A DNA stretch of 64,000 nt from positions 18,290,001 to 18,354,000 of the forward strand of contig OZ024748.1 in assembly GCA_964016885.1 (NCBI GenBank), given 5' to 3'. Positions 1 through 39,610 of the stretch are shown here, in pieces. Both the position numbers and the translations under genes were made by a program. The stretch comes from Eledone cirrhosa. Its lineage: Eukaryota. Position 1 is the first letter of the stretch. Each line of letters begins with the position of its first letter. The notes beneath the pieces are model-generated. The model worked only from the letters and a program-made list of their open reading frames with translations, made no database searches and was not told the origin of the DNA.

Positions 1-332
1 AGTTACTATAGCTGTTGCTGTTGTAGCTATAACAGTTGCTATTGCTGTTGTTACAGCAGTTGTTGTTGTAGCAGTTGCTATAGAGGTTGTTGTTTCCAGG
101 TGGCTGCTGCCCTTTAGATTACTAGTTAATTAATGAAGCATTGATGTAAAACCAGATAAAGGTGGGACCTCTGTACAGCTGATTAATATACTAGAGATAG
201 AAGCTAATGTTTCCTACCAAACCACACCTTACCTCACCCTACATCCTCATCAGCTTTACAGATGGGACCTCTGTACAGCTGATTGAGCTGCTAGAAATAG
301 AAACTAATGTCTCTCTAAACCACACCCTACAT

Positions 333-738
333 CAGGGGTTGGCAACTTCTTTGCCTCCACAGGCCAGATTGAGTATTAATGACGGATAGTGGGCCGGATG
401 AAGGCCATAAAAGAATAATTATGGAAAATTACACAAGCTAAAATTTAATCACGAGTGTTGACTATACTTTAAAATAATTTGTATTAACCACAGATGAATG
501 TAGTAATGCGATGAATTTTTTATGTTTTTGCTGTCAAAGCATTCACATCCGGTTGGTGATGGACATTAGGTAGAGTGAATCATAAGATTTGTGGAAGAAT
601 ATAACAGCAGGCCTTTTATTGTATTCAAAAGTCTCGTCTCTCATATTACAATAAATTTAAATTTTAAATAAACAACTCATTGGGCATCAGTGTTCGTGGG
701 CCAGATCCGGCCCACGGACCATAGGTTGTCGACCCCTG
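333..738. mobile_element. Non-autonomous hAT (Charlie-like) MITE
   Basis: Terminal inverted repeats CAGGGGTTGGCAAC / GTTGTCGACCCCTG; 8-bp target duplication ccctacat/tcctacat; subterminal GGGCCAGATCCGGCCC. Confidence 0.8.
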
Positions 739-1239
739 TCCTACATCATCCTCATCAGTTTTACACCAACCAACTGGCACAGATGGCATCTCTGTACAGA
801 TGATTGATCTACTAGAAATAGAAGCTAATACCTCCTACTAAACCACACCCTACCACATCCTACATCATCATAATCATCAGTTTTACATCCTCCTCTTCAT
901 GCTGTCTCAGATGGGACCTCTGTACAGCTGATTGATCTGCTAGAAATAGAAGCCAATATCCGTTTTCCCTTCTAGCAATGGTTGAAAATGTCGTCTCAGA
1001 CTGGTCAGTGGTCAAGTGAAGTTACTGACCCCTCAGATGAGTCAGGGGCCCACATCTTGGTTTCAAGCATTCCCATATCTTGCTTACAAGCGTTCTCATA
1101 CTTTATGAAGTGCTCCGTCGAGTCAGGGACCCATTTGGATGAATGTGGTTGTAACCCCTTTGGTCCTATAGATTTACTGAAGTCAATTCTTCTCTCTCAC
1201 TCGCTAGCAGTGGATTCAGCAACATGTGTAAACACATGC

Positions 1240-4200
1240 ATAAACACATTCACACATAAACACATTCACACATAAACACATTCACACATAAGCACATTCA
1301 CACATAAGCACATTCACACATAAGCACATTCACACAAAAACACATTCACACATAAGCACATTCACACACACCTATATATACACACACCCACATATACAAA
1401 CACTCACATATACAGACACTCACATTCACACACCTACATATACACACACCCACATATACAGACACTCACATTCACACACACACCCACATATACAAACACT
1501 CACATATACAAACACTCACATATACAAACACTCACATATACATACACTCACATTCACACACCTACATATACAGACACTCACATTCACACACACATCTACA
1601 TATACACTTACATATACAAACTCATATATACACACCTGCAACATACACATGTATGCAATCACATACACACACACCTGCATCATACACATGTACACCCACT
1701 GTATACACACATATATATACACACATGTGTACACAGTGAAATGTTTCCAATTTAAATTCAATAATCACAGAAATAAATTTGATTTGAAATAGAAATTGTT
1801 TTATCCCCACCCCCTAACCTGACCCCTAAATCAATATTTACCAAATTAACAAGATATTCCAGATCATGTGTCATGTCTAATTATTGATACATGATCTTCA
1901 GTTAAAATAGATTTTATGGAAAACATTTGATCTTTGCTCCACTCAGATTCGTCTAGTTCTACTCCACCTGGTCCTCTCCAATCCATCTGGTCCACTCCAC
2001 TCCATCCACTCCCACCTTGTCCACTCCATCCACTCCCACCTTGTCCACTCCATCCACTCCCACCTTGTCCCTCCATCCACTCACACCTTGTCCCCTCCAC
2101 TCCACCTGGTCCACTCCACTGTACCTGGTCCCTTCCACTTCCACTCCACTCTCACATTGTCCGCTCCACTCCACCTGGTCCACTCCACTATACCTTATCC
2201 CCTCCACTTCCACTCCACCTTGTCCCCCCCCACTCCACCTTGTCCACTCCATCCACTCCACTGTACCTGGTCCCCTCCACTTCCACTCCACTCCCACATT
2301 GTCCCCTCCACTCCCACCTGGCCCACTCCACTATACCTGGTCCCCTCCTCTTCCACTCCACTCCCACCTGGTCCCCTCCACTCCACCTTGTCTCTACCAC
2401 CTTAACCACTCTACTACATACCATCACATGTCCAAGACATCTGTCAGCCATTCTAACCACATTGGTCTCACTGGTCACCTCTCAAGACCATCGGACACTC
2501 TCATTCTTGTGACACACAAAACCATTAGAAAAGAAACTCTGTGTTATTGTGTGTTAGTGTATCTGTTAGTATGTATGTGTTATAGTGAGTTAGTGTGAGA
2601 ATGTGTTAGCATGTGCGTTGATGTGTGTATGTGAGAGTGTGTTGGTGTGTGTGTGTGTATACAACCATGTCTGTACTTGTATGTCCATTTGTCTGTCTAT
2701 CTGTCTGTCTGTCTGTCTTTGTCTTCTATTGTGTGGTGGTGGTGGTTCCTTAACCACCACCACCACACAATACATGGCCTACAGGAAGAACCGTAATTCT
2801 ATACTCACACGATATGTATGTGTATATGTGTGTATATATGTATCTGTATATGTGTGTATATATGTATCTGTATATGTGTATATATATGTGTGTATATATA
2901 TATATATATGTGTGTGTGTCTGTGTATATATATGTATATATATGTATATAGATGTGGCACCTGGTTTCTTTTATGTTTTCTATATTAAATTTTATACAGT
3001 AATTAGTTTTATTCATTGATTTGTACATTCTGTGTGTGTGTGAGTGAGTGTATGTGTCTAATACATGTGTGTGTATGTTGGTACATGTGTTTACACCTAC
3101 ACACACCACACAACCATCTCCATTTCTTAAGCCATTTCTCACAAATACTGTTGTTAGTATTGCTGTTCTGATGCTTCTTCTCTACTCTCCTTCTTTGCCC
3201 TTCTTCTCTACTCTCCTTCTTTGCCCTTCTTCTCTACTCTCCTTCTTTGCCCTTCTTCTCTGCTTTCCTATACTCTCATTCCTTACTCTCCTATACTCTC
3301 CTTCCTTGCCCTGCTATACTCTCCTTCCTTACTCCCCTTCTCTGCTCTCCTATATTCTCCTTCCTTGCCCTCTATTACTCTCTTTCCTTGTCCTCCTCTA
3401 CTCTCCTTCCTAGCCCTCCTTCTCTGCTCTCCTATACTCTCCTTCTCTGCTCTCCTATATTCTCCTTCCTTGCCCTCCTATACTCTCCTTCCTTTCCCTC
3501 CTATACTCTCCTTCCTTGCTTTTCTCTGCTCTCCTATACTCCTTCCTTGCGCTCATGTACTCTCCTGTACTTTCCTTCCTTGCCCTCCTTCTCTGCTCTC
3601 CTATACTCTCCTTCCTTGCCCTCCTATACTCTCCTTCCTTGCCCTCCTTCTCAGCTCTCCTATACTCTCCTTCCTTGCTCTCCTATACTCTCCTTCCTCG
3701 TCCTCCTTCCCTACTCTCCTTCTCTCATTCTTCTCTCTTATAAATCTTTATTCACTTTCAAATGCCTTCATTGCTAGAACTATTGTGGTGATGGCAGTAG
3801 TAGTGTTGGTGGTTGTGATAGTAGTGATGGTGGTGTCAGTAGTAGGGGTTGTGGTGGTGTTGGTGGTTGTGGTAGTAGTGATGGTGGTGTCAGTAGTAGG
3901 GGTGGTGGTGGTGGCAGTAGTAGTAGTGTTGGTGGTTGTGGTTGTAGTGATGGTGGTAGTGGTAGTGGTGGTTGTGGCAGTACTGGTAGTAATAGTGGTG
4001 GTGGTGGTGGTGGTGGTGGTAGTGGTAGTAGTGATGGTAGTGGTGGTGGTGGTGGTAGTGGTAGTAGTGATGGTAGTGGTGGTGGGGGTGGTAGTAGTAG
4101 CAGTAATAGCGGTGGTGGTGGTAGTGGTGATGGTATTAGTAGTAGTGGTGGTAGTAGTAATGGTAGTGATTGTTGGTGGTGGTAGTAGTAATGGTTGTGG

Positions 4201-4810
4201 TGGTGGTGGTGGTAGTAGTAGTAGTTGTGATGGTAGTGGTAGTAATAGTAGTTGTAGTTGTGGTGGTAATGATGGATGTTGTTGTTGTTATAATGTCCTC
4301 TTTAGAGTGAATTAGTTTCATTTTTTTTTTCCAACTAGAAATCTCAGAGCCAACAAGTAGCTGGAACTAAACTGTCAATCAATATGTTGTGGGTGGGTGT
4401 ATGTATGTGTGTATATGTATGTGTATATATATGCGTATGTGTGTGTGTAGTTATCTGTGTGTGTGTGTGTGTGTATCATTTAACGTCCGATTCCCTTGCA
4501 ATAGGATGCAATTGTGTATGTTGTTGTATAACTATATATATGTGTGCTTGTATGTATGTATCTGTGTGTATTTGTATGTATTTGTTTGTTTTTGTGCGTG
4601 TGTGTACACATGTGAAACTGCATTTTTAGAAGTATTCGTGTTTGTATCTGTGTAAGGTTGTGTATGTATGTGTGTGTATGGTTGTTTGTGTATGTGTGTA
4701 TGTGTACACATGTGCAACTGCGTGCATTTTTAGATGTATCCATGTTTGTATTTGTGTATGTCTGTGTATGTATGCATGTATGTGTATGTATGTGTGTGTA
4801 TGTGTGTCTT
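1240..4810. repeat. Compound low-complexity block (CA-rich, CCACT-rich, CT-rich, GTA/GTG and TG/TA microsatellites)
   Basis: Successive simple and cryptic repeats with no splice-compatible conserved coding sequence. Confidence 0.85.
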
Positions 4811-5196
4811 TATGGCTGTTTGAAGGAACAATTCCCAGCTAATAACCTGATTATCAGTGTTTTTATTATCTTTATCGTTGTTGTTATTATTGCTGTTGTT
4901 TTCCTTATTATTATTATTATTATGATAAAGATGATAATGTAGGCAGGTCAGTTCCTGCTTTCTATTAGAGATGTAATTGGAGCTATTTTTCTTTAATATT
5001 GCTAATGGGTGTGTCATTCGGCGCCACCACCATCGGCATCTCCTCCTTCTATCTACACCACCACCACCATCTGCCTTATACATCTGTTATCTTTTTCTTT
5101 ATCATTCTGGAAGATTCCACATGGTATCTTCTGTTTGTTCTTCTGTATTCAGTACTTTATACTACCCCACTCTTTCTCACTCACACACAGTGCATA

Positions 5197-5287
<91 letters not shown>

Positions 5288-5366
5288 AGTTGTGGTTAAA
5301 AAGTTTGCTTTACAACCTCATGGTTTCTGGTTTGATCCTACTGTGAAGCATCTTGGGCAAATAACT

Positions 5367-5880
5367 TTGATCATAGCTCTGTTAGACCAGAGTTGATGTA
5401 TTTGATCATAGATTTGCTGGATCAGAGTTGATATATTTGATCATAGCTCTGCTAGACCAGAGTTGATATATTTGATCATAGCTCTGCTAGACCAGAGTTG
5501 ATATATTTGATCATAGCTCTGCTAGACCAGAGTTGATATATTTGATCATAGCTCTGCTACATCAGTGTTGATATATTTGATCATAGATCTGCTGGATCAT
5601 GGCTGAGAACTTTGATCATAGCTCTGTTGAATCAGGCTGAGACCTTTGATCATAGATTTACTGGATCTGGACTGATATATTTGATCATAGATTTGCTGGA
5701 TCAGGGCTGAAACCTTTGATCATAACTCTTATGGTTCATGGCTAGGATATTTGACCATAGATTTGCTGGATCAGGGTTGAGACCTTTGATCATAGCTCTG
5801 ATGGTTCATGGCTAGGATATTTGACTGTTTGTCTGCTGGATCAAGGCTGAGACCTTTAATCATGTGTCTGCTTGATGAGG
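5367..5880. repeat. About 35-bp minisatellite (tttgatcatagctctgctagaccagagttgatata)
   Basis: Periodic tttgatcatag; degenerates toward the 3' end. Confidence 0.9.
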
Positions 5881-5972
5881 ACTGAATTTTAGTCGTAGGC
5901 TTACTGGTTCTATTTTATTATAGATTTTATAGTTTATATTTTTATTATAATTTATTTAGTTTAGGTCCACTT

Positions 5973-7031
5973 TCTACATTTGAGGGGTTGGATAGGTTGT
6001 CTACACTTGCAGGGGTTGGACAGGTTGTCTACACTTGCAGGGGTTGGATAGGTTGTCTACACTTGCAGGGGTTGGACAGGTTGTCTACACTTGCAGGGGT
6101 TGGATAGGTTGTCTACACTTGCAGGGGTTGGATAGGTTGTCTACACTTGCAGGGGTTAGATAGGTTGTCTACACTTGCAGGGGTTGGACAGGTTGTCTAC
6201 ATTTGTAGGGGTTGGATAGGTTGTCTACATTTGCAGGGGTTGGATAGGTTGTCTACACTTGCAGGGGTTGGACAGGTTGTCTACACTTGCAGGGGTTGGA
6301 CAGGTTGTCTACATTTGCAGGGGTTGGATAGGTTGTCTACATTTGTAGGGGTTGGATAGGTTGTCTACATTTGCAGGGGTTGGATAGGTTGTCTACATTT
6401 GCAGGGGTTGGATAGGTTGTCTACATTTGCAGGGGTTGTACAGGTTGTCTACATTTGCAGGGGTTGGATAGGTTGTCTACATTTGCAGGGGTTGTACAGG
6501 TTGTCTACATTTGCAGGGGTTGGACAGGTTGTCTACATTTGTAGGGGTTGGATAGGTTGTCTACATTTGTAGGGGTTGGATAGGTTGTCTACACTTGCAG
6601 GGGTTGGATAGGTTGTCTACATTTGTAGGGGTTGGATAGGTTGTCTACACTTGCAGGGGTTGGATAGGTTGTCTACATTTGCAGGGGTTGGATAGGTTGT
6701 CTACATTTGCAGGGGTTGGATAGGTTGTCTACATTTGCAGGGGTTGGATAGGTTGTCTACATTTGCAGGGGTTGTACAGGTTGTCTACATTTGCAGGGGT
6801 TGGATAGGTTGTCTACATTTGCAGGGGTTGGATAGGTTGTCTACACTTGCAGGGGTTGGATAGGTTGTCTACATTTGTAGGGGTTGGATAGGTTGTCTAC
6901 ATTTGCAGGGGTTGGATAGGTTGTCTACATTTGCAGGGGTTGGATAGGTTGTCTACATTTGCAGGGGTTGTACAGGTTGTCTACATTTGCAGGGGTTGGA
7001 TAGGTTGTCTACACTTGCAGGGGTTGGACAG
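5973..7031. repeat. 28-bp minisatellite (gcaggggttggataggttgtctacactt), about 38 copies
   Basis: Exact 28-bp period with few variable sites. Confidence 0.97.
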
Positions 7032-7784
7032 TTTGTGATGGTGGTAGATGAATAGATATTATCTGTTTTCCCCCTCTTATTATTTAACTCTCTCTCTCTT
7101 TCCCTTCTACCTATAGTGGTGGGGGTAACTCGCTCTCTCCGACCAGCAGTAGTAGTAGTAGTAGTAGTGGTGATAGTAGTCGTGCTAACCCCCTCCTCTA
7201 CCTATAGTAATCTACTTTATTATGTCAATTCTCCTTATCTGAAACAGTAGAATACAACTTTCTGTTAGATATATCCTACAAACCACCAGCTCTACAACAA
7301 CACCTCCACCGCTACAACTACCACTACCAGCACCAGCACCAGCACCACTACCATCATCACCACTACATCAACATCTCCACCACTACCAACTACCACCACC
7401 ACTACCATCACCACCACACCTCCACCCCTACCACTACCGACTACCATCACCATCACCAACTACCACTACCATCACCAACTACCACTACCATCACCACAGC
7501 CACTACCACCACCACCAACTACCACCACTACTACCATCACCACAACCATCACCACTACCATCACCACTGCCACTACCACAACATCTCCACTACTACCACT
7601 ACCACAACCAACCCTCCTTGACCTTTGATAATAAACAATCTCTCTTTGGCCCTACTTAACCCTCTAACATCAGGGGTTTGTTAGGCTGGGGTGTGGTACA
7701 CAGATATTTCAAATGTTCTTCTGTTCAACACTCAAATTTCTCTCTATAGACTCTACTCTATTTTCGTCTCAGTCCGGGTTGAGT

Positions 7785-7835
7785 GAATGTCACTGATGAG
7801 AGATTGATGAATCTTGAAACAGCAGTCTGGCATTC
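7785..7835 (+). ncRNA. Type-I hammerhead ribozyme fold
   Basis: Helix I GAAUGUCA/UGGCAUUC (8 bp); CUGAUGA; helix II GAGAUU-gaug-AAUCUU; GAA; helix III AC-agca-GU; GUC triplet (predicted cut after 7827). Confidence 0.75.
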
Positions 7836-10090
7836 TCAATGGTTACTGAGATGTTTGTGGCATATTCACAGAGCAAAACAGAAAGCCATTTTCTTTTTCC
7901 CCATAATGAAAAAGGATATTTTCTCTTGGATAGTGAGGCTCTCATATGTTTATTGTATATAAACATATATATCTGCTTTCATATGATGGTGAATTAGCAG
8001 GGTCATTAGAATGTCGGATAGAATGCTTTGTGGTATTTGTTCTGGCTCTCTGCTCTCTGAGTTTAAATCCCATTGAGGTCAACTTTGCCTTTCATCTATT
8101 CAAGGTCGATAAAAAAAAAAGTACCAGGCTAGTACTGGGGTGGTTCTTCCTCTATATCTCTTTCTCATTTCTATTCTCTCACTTTCTATCCTTCTCTGGA
8201 AGAAATCTGCTGTATTCTGGCCTGGACAGGAGATGCGCTCCACCAGGTTTAAAAATGCCTTAGAAATGCTGTATGTCAATATGATGTCCCTACAACTCCC
8301 TCAGGAGTTATGGGACCATGCATGTATATGCTTTCATATACACCCCTATTATGTTTAACGCTATATTAGTGCCACTGCTAATTAATTATTAGAGTTATTC
8401 ACTGTAAAGTGGTTGGCATTAGGAATGGCATCCAATTGTAGAAACCAAGCCAAAATACAGATCTGTATGGGTGTGAGGTGACCTCCAAACCTGTCATAAC
8501 GTGATAACTTGGCTAACCCATTGCAAGTGTGGAAAAGGTAGACATTAAATGATGATGACGACGATGATGATGATATATACATTGTGGTGACTAAACAACT
8601 ACAGCAACAACAACAACCAAAAGCTGTTATGGTTTGAGGAATGATTTATCTCCTATTAGATATTTTTGAGATAAACTGTTTATTTTACAGAAATAGTAAG
8701 TGGCTTCTTCCTCTGATAAGGGTGACCTCACTCTCTCTCTCTCTCTCTCTCTCTCTAGATTATATGATAACTACGTGAGAAATAGCAGCCAACTTTCCCC
8801 TCATCACCCCTGGGGACCCTTAAATTTAATCCTTTTCATGAAACTGGCCCTAGGTTTGCAATTCTAAGCTATTTATTTCAAAGTGTTTATATTTATCTAA
8901 AAATGTTAACTTGCCCTCATCTCCCCTTCTGAAATAACTGGGACACCTAAATAACCCACCCACCCTTTCTAAAACTGCCCCTATGTCTGCCATTCTAAGC
9001 TGTTTATTTCAAAATGTTTATATTTATCTAAAAGCATTTCATTACAATTTTACGCTAAAAAAAAAACCTTTAAGTTATGTTCCAAACACTAGATAAACCC
9101 TTTTTATACCAACCCAGTCAAAATTGGTTCTAGTTCTATGAAACAAAACCACCCATTTCACAGTGTTCTTATTTAAACCAGCTGTATCCGGCCAGAATTC
9201 TCTCACCTCTTTCTGTTCAAACCGGCTGTAACCAGCCGTTCATACTGATGTTAAGGTATTATTCTGAAAATAAATAACATGAAAACCTCATATCTTTGAT
9301 ATTATGTGAGATAAAGCCTATACCTTGAAAATACAATAGTAAATATAAAGTAATGTAAATGCTAAAGAGTTAAATTAAAATCTTCGAAGATAAAAAGAAA
9401 AAAAACCAGGATGAGAGCTAACCAAGGACTATATAACATGTTGTGTATACTGATATGTCTCTCCAGACCATTGTACCATTAAAATACATAATGTACAACT
9501 AGTATCACTGGTATGGGATATACCACTAACCTTTTAAATGTCTGCTATTATGAGGAATTTCTACTTCTGTGGTTATGCTTTTACCATTTCATGGTTTAGT
9601 AGATTTATAGTTTACTGAAGAAGGTACCAAAATCAGCACTATGCTATGGCAGAGTATATATTAAAAACAAAGTGGGGTTTCACATTAAGGTCTTTTTTTT
9701 AATATACACAGTAATAACCGTTTCACAGATGGGTGGCTCACGATCCATGTAAATGCCTGATGTGAAACCTCATTTTGTTTTTAATATATATATGTGTGAA
9801 CAGTGAAGGGCACGTGTTATCCTTTCTCCGACGCAACTCTTTCCCCACGGAAAACTCCCCTTGTTGATGGATGTGAAATCCAAAATATAGGGACTAATAA
9901 ATCGCTTCCAAGGTAACTCTATCTCTTGTCTTTTTACACCTTTCTTAAGTTCTTCTATGCCCTCTACATCTCTCTCTACGCTCCTTCCTACCTCTCTCTC
10001 TCATCTCAATACCACCTGATTTTGTTACCCGGAGATTTACCCATCTGCATTGTTCAGGCTTCCAAAACAACTATTTTATATAGATATATA

Positions 10091-10430
10091 TCATCATTCA
10101 TCATCATCATTTCATTTTACGTCCGCTTCTCCCTGCTTGCAAGGGTGGGACGGGAACTGATTCTGGCTTGATTTCTACAGCTGGATGCCCTTCCTAACAC
10201 CAACCTCATTTACAGTGAGTGCTGGGTGCTTTTTTTGCCGTGGCACCTCCACGACCACTTTGCAGTGGAATGATATGGACCCCAGTCCCTATCATCTCAT
10301 TTCTACAGCTGAGTAAACTGGAGCAATGTGAAATAAAGTGTCTTGCTCAAGGAAACAACACATCACCCAGTCTGAGAATTGAACTCACAACCTTTCGATT
10401 GCAAGGCCAATGCTCTAACCACTAAGCCAT
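10091..10430 (-). mobile_element. tRNA-derived SINE family B with (ATG)n tail
   Basis: Reverse complement of 15115-15450: A-box TGGCTTAGTGG, B-box GAGTTCAATTC, CCTTGAGCAAGACACTT core, GGTGTTAGGAAGGGCATCCAGCTGTAGAAA block. Confidence 0.8.
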
Positions 10431-10488
10431 ATATATATATATATATATATAATATAAGATCAAAAGATGGTTAAAGGAGTTCCATATA

Positions 10489-10555
10489 TTTTATTATGCG
10501 CATTTCAAAAACAAACATCATCAAGCAATAATATTTGTGTTTTCATCAGATAAAA
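10489..10555 (-). ncRNA. Minimal type-I hammerhead fold with palindromic helix III
   Basis: Reverse complement: UUUUAU CUGAUGA [imperfect AU-rich helix II] GAA AU-GCGC-AU A AUAAAA. Confidence 0.6.
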
Positions 10556-11056
10556 CAGGAGAACATGATATGAAGGCTAAAAAAACACTTGTTGATAGTG
10601 CAGTTTTAAATCAACATATGAAAAGTGGTCTTATCCGATATCTGCATTGCTTTATTGTACTACAATAAAACTCACCTCCTACATATATATATATATATAT
10701 ATATATAGCAAGGGTAAAAACATAACTGTATTTGTATATGATTGCCAAATAGTTTTAGACGAAGCTCAATGTAGCCACAGGTGGAAGATAGAGATATTCT
10801 TCAGGTAAAAGATATAAGGCTTGACCTTTCAGTGTATTTTATTTTTATTTTTTACTTTTTTTGTTTATCTTGCTTCTGACGAGGCATTGCTTCCTTTAAT
10901 GTTCATGTTGTGCACAATTTTATTCCATCTCCTTGAATTTTGCCTAACTGTAATAATTGGTAGTAATCACAAAACAATTGTAAAGTATTAAATGAGATGA
11001 GAACTTTATTCTAGCATTTTCTTTTGTTAGACATATATATATATATATATATGATG

Positions 11057-11088
<32 letters not shown>

Positions 11089-11282
11089 GTATGTGTATGC
11101 ATCTCTATCTATATGTATCATTCTGTCTGTCTCTGTAGATAGCAGTTGAGTTTCAAAGAGATCCTTACTTACTTACACACCCACATATATATATATATGT
11201 GTGTAAGGATCTCTATCTTTGTATATATATATATATCTGTATCTATCTCTATCTATATGTATCACTCTGCCTGTCTTTATAG

Positions 11283-37187
<25,905 letters not shown>

Positions 37188-37413
37188 TAGTGACAAGTGT
37201 ACTAACACAGTGTCACAGCAAGTTGTGACAATGTGTAGCAACACATGCCACAGCAAGTTATGTGACAGTTGTACCAACGTAGGAGTTACAGCTACTACTA
37301 GTAGTGACAACTGTTTATTCAGAAGCCAGGGCTGCTGATAGGAAAATAAAAAACAAAACAAATGTATTTGAAGTGAACATTTTACACCGAGATATATCTC
37401 AACCTCCTTTTAA

Positions 37414-37462
<49 letters not shown>

Positions 37463-37770
37463 ATACATTTTTTTTTTTTTTCAAGAGCAAACTGGGAGAG
37501 GAAACATCTCCCAAATTTTTTGCCCACTTTCTATATTTTATCACTTGGTTCCAGAAAGATGACTTTTATTTTCAATCTTTCCAATCATTTGAGCTCCTTC
37601 CTGGCTCATCTTCCTTCCTCACCTCCACTTCTTTATTTTCTCTTTCTTTTATTCTTTTCATTTATTCATTTCTTTTTTTCTGTCTTCATCTTATTCCTCA
37701 TCTCCCCTCTTCTCCTCCTTCACTCTTGCTGTGTTGATAAACAATTGCATTTATTATATATATATATATA

Positions 37771-37814
<44 letters not shown>

Positions 37815-39349
37815 TGAATAATACCATCTTTAGTTCTAGGTTTCTAACAAACCAATCACTGGTTCACATCATTTCCAATAGTGAGAGTAACAAGAGGTTT
37901 CAGTCTGTCTGAGCTCACAATACTGACCTTTAAAGGCCTCGCTGTCTGATGGTGCACTCAATACCGGCCTTTAAAGGTCTGTCTGTCTATCTATTTGACT
38001 GTGCACTCAATACTGGCCTTTAAAGGCTGGTATTTCAGCAGCCAAGAGGTTTTTTTAAATTCAAATTCTGATAATCAAGTGTAGAAAGTTTTTTGTCCAA
38101 AAGTGTGGGTCTTGGCATCAGGTGTTGAGAAGCCATCTACAGAGATAAATGTACTGGTCCTTGTAAAAGAGCAGGTTTCATGCTGTGGTAGTAGCATTGC
38201 TCTCAGTTCTGATGGACAGTGGCTGTGTGTGTGTGTGTTTTGTAAAGTGCTGTTGCTGTTGTAAGCCCTTGAGGGCAAGTTTTTCCACTGCATCAGATCT
38301 GTCATGTTTTATATATATATATGGGTGTATATACATACATAAATAAACTCTTTGTTACCACTTACCTAATTGCTAATCCTTCATTAAGGAACCAACCACC
38401 ACACACCAAATTAAAAGATCAAGCAAGGCAGCCTCTTTCCCCTGATTCCATCACTCAGTTCCACCACCCCACAAAAAAATCTTACCTACCCTAGTTCAGA
38501 TACTTTAAAACATTTCTTTCAAGTTTGCAAAAAAAAAAACAAAAAAAAACCTAGTTGAGTCTAGTTGATTGTTTATTTGATGGTAATTTTGTGCATCATT
38601 TGCACCCCTAGTGCATAACCGGTGTTGATGCGTAGGAGAATTTCCGTGGTTTATTATTATTATCATTTTCATTAATATTATTATCAATATTATTATTATC
38701 ATCATCATTTTTATCATTAAGGTCAACTTTGCCTTTCATCCCTTTCGAGGTTGATAAAATAAAGTACCAGTCATGTCCTGGGGTTGACTTAATCAACTTA
38801 CCTCCTCCTTCCCCTCAAAAATTGTTGGCCTTGTGCCTGTAGTACAAATTATTATTATTACTATTATTATTTAATTTATGAATTAATATTTTCCTTTCAT
38901 CAACTGATTTGTCTTCATGCAGAACGACTATCAAAATATTTCAAAATATTTAAAAACAAAAACAGAAAAAATAATGAAAAGTAAAAAAAAAAAAACAAAA
39001 GTAAAAAAAGTAAAAACTAGAAAACAGAATAAAATCACTTATATTTTTGTCTGTTTAAATTGTTGTTGTTGTTGTTGTTTAACCCTGGGTCAGCTGCTTG
39101 ATTGGGCAAACCTATGATCAAAATATATTTCCTTGCATATAACAGGTATGAGCTAGATGTTGTTCCTGGGTGGTTGATGTTAGGAAGGCATTCTGCCAAA
39201 CAAAGGATTGAGAAGACTTTTCAGTTTGTATGCCAAGAGCCAAGAGCATGACAACATCTTTGATGTTCGTGCCATGATAAAATGCACCCAGTACACTCTG
39301 TAAACTACTACAACCTCTTAATAACAAAAGGCTTCTCCCTACAGATAAA

Positions 39350-39610
39350 AGGCTGGCTGTATGACGTCTGCATGCAATGTGCAATGCTCCATAGTAATGA
39401 GTGAGACATAGTGAATGTTGAGGATATTTGAAGGTTGGAGAGAAATGAAGTATGCTCTGATGGATGTGTAGTATTAACGTGAGTGAACGACAAAGCATGG
39501 ATGAACTGAGTATAAGAGAAATCAGATGCCATGTGCAAGAGAAAGGACTGCATTGGTTTGGACATGTGATGTGCATTCATGATGATCGCTGGGTGAAGAA
39601 GTACCAAGAA
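39350..39610 (+). mobile_element. Degraded RTE-like LINE fragment
   Basis: aggactgcattggtttggacatgtgatg (LHWFGHVM) and preceding MLxWMC-like segment. Confidence 0.6.

Noticed and set aside
1864-4321. Long Pro/Ser/Leu- and Val-rich ORFs
   Set aside because: Products of CCACT, CT-rich and GTA/GTG simple repeats
1-11282. PDK exons 1-2 (KQF.DFG, ELPVRLAN motifs)
   Set aside because: No matching sequence found by eye; presumed upstream of the window, though a diverged exon could have been missed
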